DNA of 64,000 bases. It comes from Hylemonella gracilis (GTDB taxonomy: Bacteria; Pseudomonadota; Gammaproteobacteria; Burkholderiales; Burkholderiaceae_C). Position 1 is the first letter of the stretch, and each line of letters starts with the position of its first letter. The notes beneath the pieces were generated by a model, which saw only the letters and a program-made list of their open reading frames with translations, did no database searches and was not told the origin of the DNA. This document shows, piece after piece, positions 1 through 10,927 of the stretch. A program made the position numbers and the translations under genes. Location of the stretch: contig CAMAXR010000001.1 of NCBI GenBank assembly GCA_945862195.1, positions 6,337 through 70,336 on the forward strand, given 5' to 3'.

Positions 1-215
1 ACGCATTGGTCAGCCGACGCATTTACCGTGAGCCGCTGCCGCACGCGCAAGCGCTTGAAATGGTCAAAATGGCCAGTGGCAAGCACTTTGACCCCGATGT
101 GGTGGACGCCTTTCTGGCCATCCAAGAAAATGTCCAAGCCATTTCGGTGGCATTTCCAGATTCGGAAGAAGACTTTATTAAAAAGCTCAAATTCACCGCC
201 GCTGCTGGCGTTTAA
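1..215 (+). CDS. HD-GYP domain protein, C-terminal fragment (truncated by window start)
   Basis: Frame from position 3 reads ALVSRRIYREPLPH...SGKHFDPDVVDAF, the typical end of an HD-GYP phosphodiesterase domain. Confidence 0.8.
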   Translation, partial: ALVSRRIYREPLPHAQALEMVKMASGKHFDPDVVDAFLAIQENVQAISVAFPDSEEDFIKKLKFTAAAGV

Positions 216-248
216 CTCCCTACTGCTTCGGCAGGTTGTCAGGCGAAC

Positions 249-995
249 ATGAACATCCTTCTCTGTAACGACGACGGTTATCAAGCGCCTGGCTTGATGG
301 CACTTTTTGATGCCCTTAAAGACCTGGGCCATGTGGAAGTGGTGGCGCCTGAGCACAACAACAGCGCCAAGTCCAACGCGCTGACCCTCCATTCGCCTTT
401 GTATGTGCACCAAGCGCACAACGGTTTCAGGTATGTAAATGGCACGCCTGCAGACTGCGTGCACATTGCACTGACCGGTTTGTTGGGTTACCGCCCCGAC
501 CTGGTGGTGTCGGGCATCAACAATGGCGCCAATATGGGCGACGACACCATTTACTCCGGTACGGTGGGCGCTGCCATGGAAGGCTATTTATTTGAAGTGC
601 CCGCCATTGCGTTCTCGCAAACCGAAAAAGGTTGGCACCATTTGGATGCGGCCGCCACCAAAGCGCGCGAACTGGTGCAGTCCTTGATGCAAACCCACTT
701 AAAAACACCAGAGCCTTGGTTGCTGAACGTGAACATTCCTTGCCTGCCTTTGGGCCAGCTCAAGCCCATGCAGGTATGCCGCTTGGGTCGCCGCCATGCG
801 GCTGAGAAGGTCATCACCCAGGCCAGCCCCCGCGGCGAAACCATGTACTGGATCGGTGGCGCAGGCCCTGCCAAAGACGAGGGCCCCGGAACCGACTTTT
901 ACGCCAGCCGCCATGGCCATATCACCATCACCCCACTCAAGGTGGATTTGACCGACCATGGCAATTTAGAGGGCTGGTCCAAAGCCCTGACATGA
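249..995 (+). CDS. surE: 5'/3'-nucleotidase SurE
   Basis: NDDG, NGTPADCV, SGINNGANMG and YSGT motifs; surE-pcm-nlpD-rpoS order. Confidence 0.97.
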   Translation: MNILLCNDDGYQAPGLMALFDALKDLGHVEVVAPEHNNSAKSNALTLHSPLYVHQAHNGFRYVNGTPADCVHIALTGLLGYRPDLVVSGINNGANMGDDTIYSGTVGAAMEGYLFEVPAIAFSQTEKGWHHLDAAATKARELVQSLMQTHLKTPEPWLLNVNIPCLPLGQLKPMQVCRLGRRHAAEKVITQASPRGETMYWIGGAGPAKDEGPGTDFYASRHGHITITPLKVDLTDHGNLEGWSKALT

Positions 996-1828
996 GCACC
1001 TCGCGTCCCCGCCCTTCATTTCCTGCCAAGTTGGGCAAGTCCATAGCCATAGGGGCTCCTGCTGCTGCTCCTGTTTCAAGCGCTCAACAGCTCCTCAAAC
1101 CTGCGGCCACTCGTCTAGGCAAAACCGAGCTGCCTGTTCAGGCACAGGGCTTGGGCTTGGATTCGCAGGTGGTGCGGCACAAAATGGTGCTCAAGCTGCA
1201 AGAGCAGGGCATCACCGATCCGAGGGTGATTTTGGCCATGGGGCGGATTGAGCGGCATCGTTTTTTAGATTCTGCTTTGGTCAACCAAGCTTACGAGGAC
1301 ACGAGCTTGCCCATCGGCTACGGCCAAACCATTTCCAAGCCCGGCGTGGTTTCCCGCATGATGGAATTGTTACTCCAAGCGCCCTCCATGCTCAAAAAGT
1401 CTCCCACCCAAGGCCAGGCCAAACTCGGTCGCATTTTGGAAATTGGCACGGGTTGCGGCTATCAGGCGGCACTTTTGGGTCAAATTGCCAGCGAGGTTTA
1501 CAGCATGGAGCGCGTGCGGGGCCTGCACGACAAAGCCCGCGAGAATTTGCGCCCCTTGAGTCTGCCCAATGTGCACTTGTTGCTTGGGGACGGCATGGTG
1601 GGCTACCCCAAAGGTGCGCCTTATGCGGCCATTATTTCGGCGGCGGGCGGCGATGCGCTGCCCCAAGCCTGGCTTGACCAACTGGCGCTGCACGGCCGTT
1701 TGGTGGCGCCTATGGTCGCCCACGGCACCCAACAAGCCCTGCTGGTGGTGGACCACACGCCCCAAGGCTTTGTTCATACTGTGCTGGAGGCGGTGCATTT
1801 TGTACCCCTAAAATCCGGCTTGGCATGA
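992..1828 (+). CDS. pcm: Protein-L-isoaspartate O-methyltransferase
   Basis: AYED, PIGYGQTIS, LEIGTGCGY and FVPL motifs; ATGA overlap with surE. Confidence 0.96.
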   Translation: MSTSRPRPSFPAKLGKSIAIGAPAAAPVSSAQQLLKPAATRLGKTELPVQAQGLGLDSQVVRHKMVLKLQEQGITDPRVILAMGRIERHRFLDSALVNQAYEDTSLPIGYGQTISKPGVVSRMMELLLQAPSMLKKSPTQGQAKLGRILEIGTGCGYQAALLGQIASEVYSMERVRGLHDKARENLRPLSLPNVHLLLGDGMVGYPKGAPYAAIISAAGGDALPQAWLDQLALHGRLVAPMVAHGTQQALLVVDHTPQGFVHTVLEAVHFVPLKSGLA

Positions 1829-2748
1829 AAACAGCGCAACATCACACCGGCTTGAAATTTTCTAGTGGTTCTAGTGGCTCTATTGGAATAGCCGCCGCCA
1901 TGCTGCTGTGTACGTTGATGTTGGCGGGTTGCGGCTCCACCAGTTTGAACCGGGCGCCGGTCGAAGACCGCAGGGTGGGCGCCAAACCTTTGCCAACCCC
2001 CAGCAGTTCCGGTGTTTCTTCAAGCGCTCCCAGTTCTGTTGCAAGTTCTGTCTCCAGTGCCTCAATAGCCTCTGGGCAGCCTGGCACCTATACGGTCAAA
2101 CCCGGCGACACGCTGATCAAAATTGGATTGGACAGCGGCCAAAGCTGGCGCGATATTCGCCGCTGGAACAACATTGACAACCCCAATCAAATAGAAGTGG
2201 GGCAAGTACTTCGCGTAGCGCCGCCGGGCGCTGGTACAACCAGTGCCGCTCAGACTGCACCTGTGCAAACTGCATCGATCCAAGCGCAGCCCAAACCCGC
2301 AGCGACACAAGCTGCGGCTCCACAATCTGCTGCATCTCCTACAACATCGGCAGCGGCTGAAACCACATCAGCTGACGACGCCGTGTCTTGGGCCTGGCCG
2401 GTCCATCAGGGTGCCGTGCTCTCGGGGTTCGATGAGGTCAAAAACAAGGGCGTCGATTTGGCTGGCAATTTGGGCGACCCGGTTCTGGCCGCTGCGGACG
2501 GCCGTGTGGTCTATTCTGGGGCGGGCTTGCGGGGATACGGCAACCTCATCATTCTCAAGCACAACAACACTTACTTGACGGCTTACGCCCACAACCAGAC
2601 CTTGCTGGTGAAGGAAGACCAAACCGTGCGCAAAGGTCAAAAAATTGCCGAAATGGGCAACAGCGACGCTGATCGCATCAAGCTGCACTTTGAGCTTCGT
2701 CGACAGGGCAAACCGGTGGACCCGCTGAAGTTTTTACCTGCTCGGTAA
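1825..2748 (+). CDS. nlpD: LysM/M23 lipoprotein NlpD
   Basis: Lipobox LAGC, Lys[10 protein letters not shown], degenerate M23 domain (AYAHN, LHFELR); lies before rpoS. Confidence 0.93.
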   Translation: MKTAQHHTGLKFSSGSSGSIGIAAAMLLCTLMLAGCGSTSLNRAPVEDRRVGAKPLPTPSSSGVSSSAPSSVASSVSSASIASGQPGTYTVKPGDTLIKIGLDSGQSWRDIRRWNNIDNPNQIEVGQVLRVAPPGAGTTSAAQTAPVQTASIQAQPKPAATQAAAPQSAASPTTSAAAETTSADDAVSWAWPVHQGAVLSGFDEVKNKGVDLAGNLGDPVLAAADGRVVYSGAGLRGYGNLIILKHNNTYLTAYAHNQTLLVKEDQTVRKGQKIAEMGNSDADRIKLHFELRRQGKPVDPLKFLPAR

Positions 2749-2773
2749 AACCGCTTGCTCCTCCCACCCGCTC

Positions 2774-3739
2774 ATGTCTTCTTCCTCGCGTCAGCCCCCT
2801 AAAGATGCGGACCCGCATGCAAACTGGGTGAAGGCCTCTGTAGATGAGCTGCCGACCTCCAAACAGGAGCTGTTGGACGAGCCCCTTGAAGGCGGTGATG
2901 CGCTCACAGCCTACCTGCGCCATATCCGCAAAACCGAGCTGTTTACCGCCCAAGAAGAGTTTGACATGGCCACCCGCGCCAAAGCGGGCGACTTTGAGGC
3001 GCGTCAAAGCATGATTGAGCACAACCTGAGGTTGGTGGTCAGCATTGCCAAGATGTACGCCGGGCGGGGGGTGCCCATGCAAGATTTGGTGGAAGAAGGC
3101 AATTTGGGCTTGATGCACGCCATTGATAAGTTTGATCCCCAGCGCGGGTTTAGGTTTTCCACCTACGCCACGTGGTGGATTCGCCAGTCGGTAGACCATG
3201 CCTTGATGATGCAAGCCCGCACCATTCGCTTGCCCGTCACCGTGGTGCGCGAGCTGCAGCACGTGATCAGAGCGCGCAAACTGCTTGAAAGCGACGCCGA
3301 ATTCATTTCCACAAGGCCCGAGGGTGTACGCGACACCGACGTGGCGCACTTTTTAGGGCGAGATGTGCAAGACGTGTCTGAGCTGCTGGCTTTGGCTGAA
3401 ACCCCCAAGTCTTTAGACGCGCCCAGCAGTGCCGCAGATGGCGAAGGCACCTTGATGGACACCGTGGCCGACGACCCCGAACATGACCCCTCCGGATTGA
3501 TGCAAGCGCACGAGGTCAGCGAACTGATGGAAACTTGGTTGGCGGGTTTGTCTGAGCGCGAGCGCGAGGTGTTGGACGGCCGTTTTGGTCTGCACGACCA
3601 TGACGTGGAAACCTTAGAAGAACTCAGCCAGCGTTTGGGCCTCACACGCGAGCGGGTGAGGCAAATTCAAATGGAATCGCTCAACAAGCTTAAAAAGCTG
3701 TTAGGTCGCCAAGGCATTTCGCGCGACGCTTTGCTCTGA
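2774..3739 (+). CDS. rpoS: RNA polymerase sigma factor RpoS
   Basis: [39 protein letters not shown]; follows nlpD. Confidence 0.92.
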   Translation: MSSSSRQPPKDADPHANWVKASVDELPTSKQELLDEPLEGGDALTAYLRHIRKTELFTAQEEFDMATRAKAGDFEARQSMIEHNLRLVVSIAKMYAGRGVPMQDLVEEGNLGLMHAIDKFDPQRGFRFSTYATWWIRQSVDHALMMQARTIRLPVTVVRELQHVIRARKLLESDAEFISTRPEGVRDTDVAHFLGRDVQDVSELLALAETPKSLDAPSSAADGEGTLMDTVADDPEHDPSGLMQAHEVSELMETWLAGLSEREREVLDGRFGLHDHDVETLEELSQRLGLTRERVRQIQMESLNKLKKLLGRQGISRDALL

Positions 3740-3750
3740 TCTCTGCTGCT

Positions 3751-4539
3751 ATGACCTCTCCCGTATTGGTGTTTGACATTGAGTCTATTCCGGACATTCA
3801 GGGCCTGCGCCGACTTAAGGGGGATGCGCACAGTCAGCTCAGTGACGCCGAGGTGTATGCCGCTTGGCTGGACGAACGCAAAGCCCACGGGCAAAGCGAC
3901 TTCATGCCCCTGCATTTACAACGCATTGTGGTGATCAGCTGCGTGTTTCGCAACGCTGAAGGTTTGCGCATTCATTCATTTGTAGACCGCGACGGCCAGA
4001 GCGAAGGCCGGGTGATTCAAACTTTTTTCAATACCCTAGAAAAGCACGTGCCTCAGTTGGTGAGTTGGAACGGAGGCGGCTTTGATTTGCCGGTGCTGCA
4101 CTACCGCGGCTTGCAGCATGGCGTGGTGGCTGACAAATATTGGGACCAAGGCGAAGACGATCGTGACTTCAAGTGGAACAACTACATCAGCCGCTACCAC
4201 ATGCGCCATTTGGACCTGATGGATTTGCTGGCCATGTTTCAGCCCAAAAACAATGCCCCGCTGGACGCCTTGGCCAAGTTGTGTGGTTTTCCGGGCAAGT
4301 TGGGCATGGACGGATCGGCGGTCTACCCCGCCTACTTAGACGGCAAGTTAGAAGACATTCGCCGCTACTGCGAAACCGACGTCATGAACACTTACCTCAT
4401 GTATTGCCGCTTCCAAAAAATGCGTGGAGGCATGTTGGAGAAGGAGTACGACGATGAAATAGCCATGGTCCAGTCCACCTTGGCCGAATGGGCGCCCAAT
4501 GAATCCCATTGGCAAGAATATTTGGCCGCTTGGGTATGA
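3751..4539 (+). CDS. PolB-type 3'-5' exonuclease family protein
   Basis: [17 protein letters not shown] and YCETDV exonuclease motifs. Confidence 0.88.
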   Translation: MTSPVLVFDIESIPDIQGLRRLKGDAHSQLSDAEVYAAWLDERKAHGQSDFMPLHLQRIVVISCVFRNAEGLRIHSFVDRDGQSEGRVIQTFFNTLEKHVPQLVSWNGGGFDLPVLHYRGLQHGVVADKYWDQGEDDRDFKWNNYISRYHMRHLDLMDLLAMFQPKNNAPLDALAKLCGFPGKLGMDGSAVYPAYLDGKLEDIRRYCETDVMNTYLMYCRFQKMRGGMLEKEYDDEIAMVQSTLAEWAPNESHWQEYLAAWV

Positions 4540-4549
4540 GGGCGCTCGT

Positions 4550-5953
4550 ATGACGGATGAAGACCGTACCTTGTGGATTGAGTCTTTGGACATTGAGGCC
4601 CAAGGCATTGCCCACCGAAGCGATGGCAAAGTGGTGTTTGTAGAAGGCGCATTGCCGTTTGAGCGGGTCAGCGCCAACATCCACCGTAAAAAGAGCAACT
4701 GGGAATTGGGCACCCTAAGCCACATCCACCAAGCCTCGGCGCAGCGCATGCAGCCTGGTTGCCCCCATTTTGGTTTGCATGCGGGCGCCTGTGGTGGCTG
4801 CAAGATGCAGCACTTGCAACCTGCCGCGCAAGTGGCGGTCAAGCAGCGGGTGCTGGAAGACAACCTGTGGCATTTGGGCAAAGTCAAGGCCGACCACATT
4901 CTGCGGCCCATAGAGGGCCCCGCTTGGGGATACCGTTACCGCGCCCGTTTGTCGGTGCGCCATGTGCACAAAAAGGGGACGGTGTTGGTGGGTTTTCACG
5001 AGCGCAAAAGCCGCTATGTGGCCGACATGCAGGTGTGCCCTGTGTTGCCCACGCACGTGAGTGCACTGCTCATGTCTTTGCGGCAACTTATAGCTTCACT
5101 TGATGCCATAGAAACCTGCCCGCAAATCGAACTGGCTTGCGGCGACGACGTCACCGCCTTGGTGCTGCGGCATTTGGAGCCCTTAAGCGCAGAAGACCAA
5201 AACCGTTTGCGTGTATTTGCCCAGCAACACCCTGAGGTTCAGTGGTGGTTGCAGCCCAAGGGCCCAGATACCGTGCACCTGCTGGATGAGTCGTCCCCGC
5301 TGAATTTGTCTTACGCTTTGCCAGAGTTTGGCATCACCATGCCGTTTAGGCCTAACGACTTTACCCAAGTCAACCCGCACATCAACCGGGTGTTGGTGTC
5401 GCGCGCCATACGATTGCTTGAGGTGGCGCCCAACGAGCGGGTGTTGGACTGGTTTTGTGGTTTGGGCAACTTCACGCTGCCTTTGGCAACGCTGGCCCGA
5501 GATGTGGTGGGTATTGAGGGCAGCGAGGTGTTGGTACAGCGGGCCCAAACCAATTGCCAACGCCACAGTGCCAGCCTGCCTTTAGGTGCACGATTTGCCC
5601 AAACCAGCTTTGTCGCCCGAAATTTGTTCAACATGACGCCCGAACTCTTGCTGCAAGATCACAGTGCCGACAAATGGCTGATTGACCCTCCGCGTGAGGG
5701 CGCGTTTGCTTTGGTGAAGGCCTTGGCTGAACTTACTGAGCAGCAGGTTGGTTCAGCGGATGTTTGGTCGCCGCCCAAGCGCATTGTGTATGTGAGCTGC
5801 AACCCGGCCACTTTGGCGCGTGATGCGGAGCTGCTGGTCAACTTGGCGGGTTACCGCTGCTCTGCTGCTGGGGTGATGAATATGTTTCCACACACCGCGC
5901 ACGTGGAGAGTATGGCGGTGTTTGACCTGACCTCATCTAGGTCAATGGCCTAA
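4550..5953 (+). CDS. rlmD: 23S rRNA (uracil-1939-C5)-methyltransferase
   Basis: TRAM domain, CPHF..CGGC Fe-S motif, [25 protein letters not shown]; start taken at ATG 4550 after the upstream stop. Confidence 0.94.
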   Translation: MTDEDRTLWIESLDIEAQGIAHRSDGKVVFVEGALPFERVSANIHRKKSNWELGTLSHIHQASAQRMQPGCPHFGLHAGACGGCKMQHLQPAAQVAVKQRVLEDNLWHLGKVKADHILRPIEGPAWGYRYRARLSVRHVHKKGTVLVGFHERKSRYVADMQVCPVLPTHVSALLMSLRQLIASLDAIETCPQIELACGDDVTALVLRHLEPLSAEDQNRLRVFAQQHPEVQWWLQPKGPDTVHLLDESSPLNLSYALPEFGITMPFRPNDFTQVNPHINRVLVSRAIRLLEVAPNERVLDWFCGLGNFTLPLATLARDVVGIEGSEVLVQRAQTNCQRHSASLPLGARFAQTSFVARNLFNMTPELLLQDHSADKWLIDPPREGAFALVKALAELTEQQVGSADVWSPPKRIVYVSCNPATLARDAELLVNLAGYRCSAAGVMNMFPHTAHVESMAVFDLTSSRSMA

Positions 5954-5972
5954 GCTTTACCTGCAGGCCATA

Positions 5973-7739
5973 CTAAAAGTTTTCCCATTCATTGTTATTG
6001 CCGGAGCTGTTCGACTGTGAGGTGCTGGTGAGCTTGGGCAATGACGCAGCCTTAGGTGCCGGCGGCTTGAGCTGTGGGCTGGTTCGCACAGTGCTGTGTC
6101 TGGTGGTCGATTTGTAATCCACCACAGTTTTACCCGCTGAAGCCATTGAGGCAACTGCTTGGTGTTTTAAGTTTCCATTAGCAGAAGACTGAGCGTCCAG
6201 TTCAAAAACCGCGACCACTTCGACCAAGTCATGGGCTTGCGCTTTTAAGCTGCTCGCCGCAGCGGCCATTTCTTCCACCAAAGAGGCGTTTTGCTGTGTG
6301 ACCTGGTCCATCTCGGTGACGGCCTCACCAATTTGCGCTGCGCCAGCGGCCTGTTCGTCGCTGGCGGAACTGATTTCGCCCACCAAGTCGCTCACCCGGC
6401 GTATGGAGCTGACCACTTCGGTCATGGTGGTGCCTGCGTCGTCTACCAAGGCAGCGCCATGCTCCACGCGCTCCACGCTGGTGTTGATGAGTGTTTTGAT
6501 TTCCTTGGCGGCTGCCGCACTGCGCCCGGCCAGCGAGCGCACCTCGCTGGCCACAACTGCAAAACCGCGACCTTGCTCTCCGGCCCGGGCCGCTTCGACG
6601 GCCGCATTGAGCGCCAAAATATTGGTCTGGAAGGCAATGCTGTCGATCACGCCGATGATGTCGGCAATCTTTCGGGACGAGTCATTGATCTCTTTCATGG
6701 TGTGGACCACGCGGCCCACCACCTCTCCACCACGAGCGGCGATGGAGGACGCACTGGCAGCCATCTGGTTGGCTTGGCGGGCGTTGTCGGCGTTATTTTT
6801 GACCTGCGAGCTGAGCTCTTCCATGGTGGCGGCGGTCTCTTCAAGGGTGCTGGCTTGGCTGCTGGTGCGGGCAGACAGGTCTTGGTTGCCTTGGGCAATT
6901 TCTGCGCTGGCATTGGCCACGTTGTCAGAACTTTGGCGCACATGGCGCACCAAGCGAACCAATTCGTTTTGCATGTTGTTAAGTGCCGTCAGCAATTGAC
7001 CGGTTTCATCGGTGCCGTGCACTTCGATGGAGGTACTCAGGTTGCCCTGAGAAACGCTGGTTGCGATCTCTACCGCTTGCGCCACAGGCGCTGTGATGGA
7101 TCGCGTGATGAACACCGAAATCGATAAAGCAATGGCCAGAGCGACCACAGTGAGTCCGGCTGTCAGGGCCACCGCGTTGGAAATGTCAGCCTCCATTTGT
7201 GCGCTGTCGCTATGCATGAGTTCTTCTTGGTACTTGATGAGCGCTTCAGCTGCATGAAAGTAGTCCAGTTGAGGCTTTTGAAACTGATTTAAAAGGTATT
7301 CACTGGCCTCGTCCACTTTGCCGCTGCGCAAAATTTTGACCAGTTCGGCGCGCGAGAGGGTATAGGGCTCGCGCAAAGACTTCAAATGACCAAAAAGCTC
7401 TAGCCCCTTGGGGGAAAGAATCAATGGAGTCAGCTTTTCAATTTCTTCTGCATTGCCCGCTGCTTCCTTTTCTACCTTGGTAAGCCAGCTCTCCATTTGC
7501 TCAGGGTTTTTAGCCGACAGAATGGCATTGCGTAAATAACGCGCCTGCAGGTTTTGGTGCTCATGGATTTTAAAGACCATCTCCACTTTGGCGTAGCGGT
7601 CGTGAATCACAAGGTCGACCATATCGCCAAGTGACACGAACCGAACGATGGAAAGGGTTGAGATCAGCACCAGAATTAGTCCGGTCAAACCAAAACCTAA
7701 GGCCAGTTTGCTGGCCATTTTCATGTTGCTGAAGTTCAT
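5973..7739 (-). CDS. Methyl-accepting chemotaxis protein (four-helix sensor, HAMP, signalling domain)
   Basis: Two TM helices, [31 protein letters not shown]-terminal EWENF pentapeptide; start at MNFSNMK. Confidence 0.96.
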   Translation of the reverse strand: MNFSNMKMASKLALGFGLTGLILVLISTLSIVRFVSLGDMVDLVIHDRYAKVEMVFKIHEHQNLQARYLRNAILSAKNPEQMESWLTKVEKEAAGNAEEIEKLTPLILSPKGLELFGHLKSLREPYTLSRAELVKILRSGKVDEASEYLLNQFQKPQLDYFHAAEALIKYQEELMHSDSAQMEADISNAVALTAGLTVVALAIALSISVFITRSITAPVAQAVEIATSVSQGNLSTSIEVHGTDETGQLLTALNNMQNELVRLVRHVRQSSDNVANASAEIAQGNQDLSARTSSQASTLEETAATMEELSSQVKNNADNARQANQMAASASSIAARGGEVVGRVVHTMKEINDSSRKIADIIGVIDSIAFQTNILALNAAVEAARAGEQGRGFAVVASEVRSLAGRSAAAAKEIKTLINTSVERVEHGAALVDDAGTTMTEVVSSIRRVSDLVGEISSASDEQAAGAAQIGEAVTEMDQVTQQNASLVEEMAAAASSLKAQAHDLVEVVAVFELDAQSSANGNLKHQAVASMASAGKTVVDYKSTTRHSTVRTSPQLKPPAPKAASLPKLTSTSQSNSSGNNNEWENF

Positions 7740-7915
7740 AGTGAAGAAAATAAAAAGATGGTCCAGTTGCCCAAAGATGATTTGACTTTGGAGCCCGTTG
7801 GCGCAACCAATGCGCAAAGACTGAATGCTACACGGGACTTATTGATGTTCTAGCGGGGTTAATACCGAAGCCCCTAGTTAAGCAGGCTCTGAATAGAGCC
7901 CCCCATTCACTTGCC

Positions 7916-8293
7916 TTACCTCTTACGGCGGCCTTTTTTCTCGGATTCGGGCTCGGGTTCAGGCTCTGGCGCTTTGGGCGGCTCGGGCTTGATCACCTCT
8001 TCAATAATGACAGTGGTTTTTTGACCTTCTATCTTGTTTTCCCGCATGTAGGCGTCCATGTCTTTCCAACCTTCGAAGATGGCGCTTTTTACGGCTTTGT
8101 CGTTCAGCAGGTAGCAGTCTTCCACGCCCTTTAGGGCATGACGGCAGGCGCCGCCTATGGCTTTGGCTTCTTCAATGCGTTGCAACTCTTTAGGGTCGGG
8201 CCCCAAACCCGGAATATCGCAAGCTGCCAGCGCCAAAACTGCCGATACGCTCACCAGCAGCCCACGGGCAAAACGAGCATTCAAAATGTGCAT
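7916..8293 (-). CDS. Hypothetical lipoprotein
   Basis: Lipobox LAAC, GGACRHA..EDCY segment, Pro/Glu tail. Start uncertain; placed downstream of the sigma28-type promoter. Confidence 0.72.
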   Translation of the reverse strand: MHILNARFARGLLVSVSAVLALAACDIPGLGPDPKELQRIEEAKAIGGACRHALKGVEDCYLLNDKAVKSAIFEGWKDMDAYMRENKIEGQKTTVIIEEVIKPEPPKAPEPEPEPESEKKGRRKR

Positions 8294-8300
8294 AAATGTC

Positions 8301-8327
8301 ATATCGGCCATTTTGCCGCTTTGTTGA
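8301..8327 (-). promoter_or_regulatory. Sigma28 (FliA)-type promoter
   Basis: Minus strand TCAA-N15-GCCGATAT versus consensus TAAA-N15-GCCGATAA. Confidence 0.68.
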
Positions 8328-8373
8328 GCATTCAGAGCCCCTACTCCCCAAAGTTCCTCGCCAAATTCTCCAT

Positions 8374-8397
8374 AAAAAAAGGCCCCGAAGGGCCTTT
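8374..8397 (-). terminator. Intrinsic terminator after the YccA-family gene
   Basis: Minus strand AAAGGCCC-TTCG-GGGCC followed by T7. Confidence 0.88.
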
Positions 8398-8419
8398 GGT
8401 TTTTGAGGGCTGGAGCGAA

Positions 8420-9115
8420 TTATTCTTTTTCGCCACCAAAAATGCCCAGCAAAGCCAGCAGGCTTTGGAACACATTGACTATGTCCAAGTACAAAGCCAA
8501 AGTGGCACTGATGTAATTGGTTTCGCCGCCGTCCATGATTTGCTTGAGGTCATACAGCATGTAGGCGCTGAAAATCACAATGGCCAGCATTGATATAGCC
8601 ATCATGCCAGCGCTGGAGCCCACAAACACGTTGATGAGGCTGCCCACCATCAGGACAATTGCGCCAATAAACAGCCATTTGCCCATGCCAGAAAGATCGC
8701 GCTTGATGACGGACGCCAAACTGGCCATGACAAAAAACACGCCAGCGGTACCGCCAAATGCAGTCATCACCAGCTCTGCGCCGTTGCTGAAACCCAGCAC
8801 CATGGCGATCAGGCGAGAAAGCATGAGTCCCATAAAGAAGGTAAAGGCCAGCAAAATAGGCACGCCTGCAGAAGAATTTTTGTTCTTTTCAATGGCGTAA
8901 ATAAAACCAAAAGCACCGGCAATAAACACCACAAAACCCAAAATGCCGTTCAAGGCTTGGGTAATGCCAGTGGCCACGCCCACCCATGCACCCAGCACAG
9001 TAGGCAGCATGCTTAAAGCCAGCAACCAGTAGGTGTTGCGCAGCACTTTGTTGCGCTCGGCTGGGGAAAGCAGCACCGCGCCTGATGCGTTGTAAGTTGA
9101 AGTTTGTTCAAACAT
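8420..9115 (-). CDS. yccA: Bax inhibitor-1/YccA family membrane protein
   Basis: RNKVLRNTYWLL, about seven TM helices, GGETNYISATLALYLD. Confidence 0.92.
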   Translation of the reverse strand: MFEQTSTYNASGAVLLSPAERNKVLRNTYWLLALSMLPTVLGAWVGVATGITQALNGILGFVVFIAGAFGFIYAIEKNKNSSAGVPILLAFTFFMGLMLSRLIAMVLGFSNGAELVMTAFGGTAGVFFVMASLASVIKRDLSGMGKWLFIGAIVLMVGSLINVFVGSSAGMMAISMLAIVIFSAYMLYDLKQIMDGGETNYISATLALYLDIVNVFQSLLALLGIFGGEKE

Positions 9116-9298
9116 CTGAAAAGCCTCCTTAAATGAATGCTACAAGTGACACCATTCTAGGGAGATTCAAGTGGTTCACCTACAAAATAAGCTTCAAAAT
9201 GCCATGTTTTGTAGGTCTTTACGTGGGTGCATGTAAGCATCCCATTACAAGCTATCCTTATTTATCTAAACTCAACTGTTTAATAACAGGAGATTCGC

Positions 9299-9706
9299 AT
9301 GATTCAAAAACCCGTGCTCCAACTGGCTGATATCAAGCTCATCGCTGCTGCTGCCGAGGCGGAAGCTCTTAAAAACCATTGGGCGGTGAGTATTTCCATC
9401 GTGGATGATGGGGGCCACGTGCTTTGGTTGCAACGCCTGGATGGTGCAGCCCCGATTTCGGCGCAAATTGCACCCGCCAAAGCCCGCACCTCGGCCTTGG
9501 GTCGCCGCGAAAGCAAAATGTACGAAGACGTGATCAACGGCGGCCGGTTTTCATTCTTGAGCGCCCCCACGCTAGAGGGCATGCTGGAAGGCGGCGTGCC
9601 GATCATGAAAGACGGCCAATGCTTAGGCGCGGTGGGTGTGAGCGGCGTTAAATCCGCAGAAGACGTGCAGATTGCCCGCGCCGGTTTGGCTGCTATCGGC
9701 CTTTAA
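9299..9706 (+). CDS. GlcG/HbpS family heme-binding protein
   Basis: IVDDGG, KARTSA, GGVPI and GAVGVSG motifs. Confidence 0.9.
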   Translation: MIQKPVLQLADIKLIAAAAEAEALKNHWAVSISIVDDGGHVLWLQRLDGAAPISAQIAPAKARTSALGRRESKMYEDVINGGRFSFLSAPTLEGMLEGGVPIMKDGQCLGAVGVSGVKSAEDVQIARAGLAAIGL

Positions 9707-9737
9707 TCCGAGCCTGTAAGCCTCCTATGGACTCCGC

Positions 9738-10148
9738 TTATTTGGCGGGTTCTGTAATAAAACCAATGTGCTTGAGCCCAGCCCTTTGGGCTGCGGCCAT
9801 GGCCTGAGCCACCCGCTCGTAACGTACCGACTTGTCACCTTGAATGTGCAGGTCAGGCTGCGGTTGCTTTTGCGCTTCGGCCAACAAAATCGGTTCTAAG
9901 GCGACATCTTGAATGGCTTGGCCGTTTACAAAATAAGCACCACCCGCATCCACTGAAAGCCGCACTGTTTCCGGTTTGAGGCTTTCGCGTTGGTTGGTGG
10001 CTTGAGGCAGTTCCACCTCCACGGAGTGCTTCATGATGGGTACGGTGATGATGAAAATAATCAACAGCACCAACATCACGTCCACTAAGGGCGTCATGTT
10101 GATTTCGTTCATCACCTCGTCGGTGTCGTCTTGGGTGCCAAAAGCCAT
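9738..10148 (-). CDS. exbD: ExbD/TolR
   Basis: EINMTPLVDVMLVLLIIF. Confidence 0.94.
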   Translation of the reverse strand: MAFGTQDDTDEVMNEINMTPLVDVMLVLLIIFIITVPIMKHSVEVELPQATNQRESLKPETVRLSVDAGGAYFVNGQAIQDVALEPILLAEAQKQPQPDLHIQGDKSVRYERVAQAMAAAQRAGLKHIGFITEPAK

Positions 10149-10154
10149 GGCGCG

Positions 10155-10889
10155 TTACCGGCGGGTCTGGCGTTGAAGCCGAGCGCCTGTGATTAAAAAT
10201 GCATGCAGCTCGTGGGTAAAACCGTTGAGGGCGGTGTTGACCGATTTGTTGCCGCGAATCAAGGCGTTGTAGCCCAGCACGGCAGGAATGGCCACCGCCA
10301 ATCCCAGCGCCGTCATGATGAGGGCTTCACCCACGGGGCCGGCCACTTTGTCTATGGTGGCAAGACCTGCTGAGCCGATGCTGACGAGCGCGTGGTAAAT
10401 GCCCCAAACGGTTCCAAACAAACCCACAAATGGCGCCGTTGAACCCACAGAAGCCAACCATGACAGACCCGATTGCATTTGTGCGTGGGTGGCGTCCAGT
10501 TGGGCCTTAAGGCAGCGGGTGACCCAGTCGCTTAAATCTAGCTGATAGTGAAGGTGTGGAGGGTTTTGTTGCTGCTGGGTTTGTCGTTGCTGGGCTTGCT
10601 CGTGATGGTGCAGGGCGTCTTGCCCCACCATCACCAGCGATTTGAAGGGGTTGTCCTCTGCTGAGGCGAGTGCCTGAGCACCCAGATCCAGAGAGTTGCC
10701 GTGCCAAAACCCTGACAGTTCGGCGGCGTAACGCTTCAAGCGCCACAACTCTACTGATTTGAGCAAGATGATGGACCAAGAGGCCAAAGACATGACCAAC
10801 AGCACCAGCGCCACAAAGCGGGTGACGTTGTCCCCCTGCGTCCACAGGCTTACCAAACCTTGCGAGTGATCCATCATTTCATTGTTCAA
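10155..10889 (-). CDS. exbB: ExbB (MotA/TolQ/ExbB family)
   Basis: STAPFVGLFGTVWGI and EALIMTALGLAVAIPA; start may instead be ATG 10877. Confidence 0.93.
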   Translation of the reverse strand: MNNEMMDHSQGLVSLWTQGDNVTRFVALVLLVMSLASWSIILLKSVELWRLKRYAAELSGFWHGNSLDLGAQALASAEDNPFKSLVMVGQDALHHHEQAQQRQTQQQQNPPHLHYQLDLSDWVTRCLKAQLDATHAQMQSGLSWLASVGSTAPFVGLFGTVWGIYHALVSIGSAGLATIDKVAGPVGEALIMTALGLAVAIPAVLGYNALIRGNKSVNTALNGFTHELHAFLITGARLQRQTRR

Positions 10890-10927
10890 ATCTAATTGTA
10901 TTAATCTAATTATCTAAGCATCAACCG

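Noticed and set aside
7885-7900. GGCTCT/AGAGCC hairpin as terminator before the MCP
   Set aside because: Short stem with no U tract on the coding (minus) strand.
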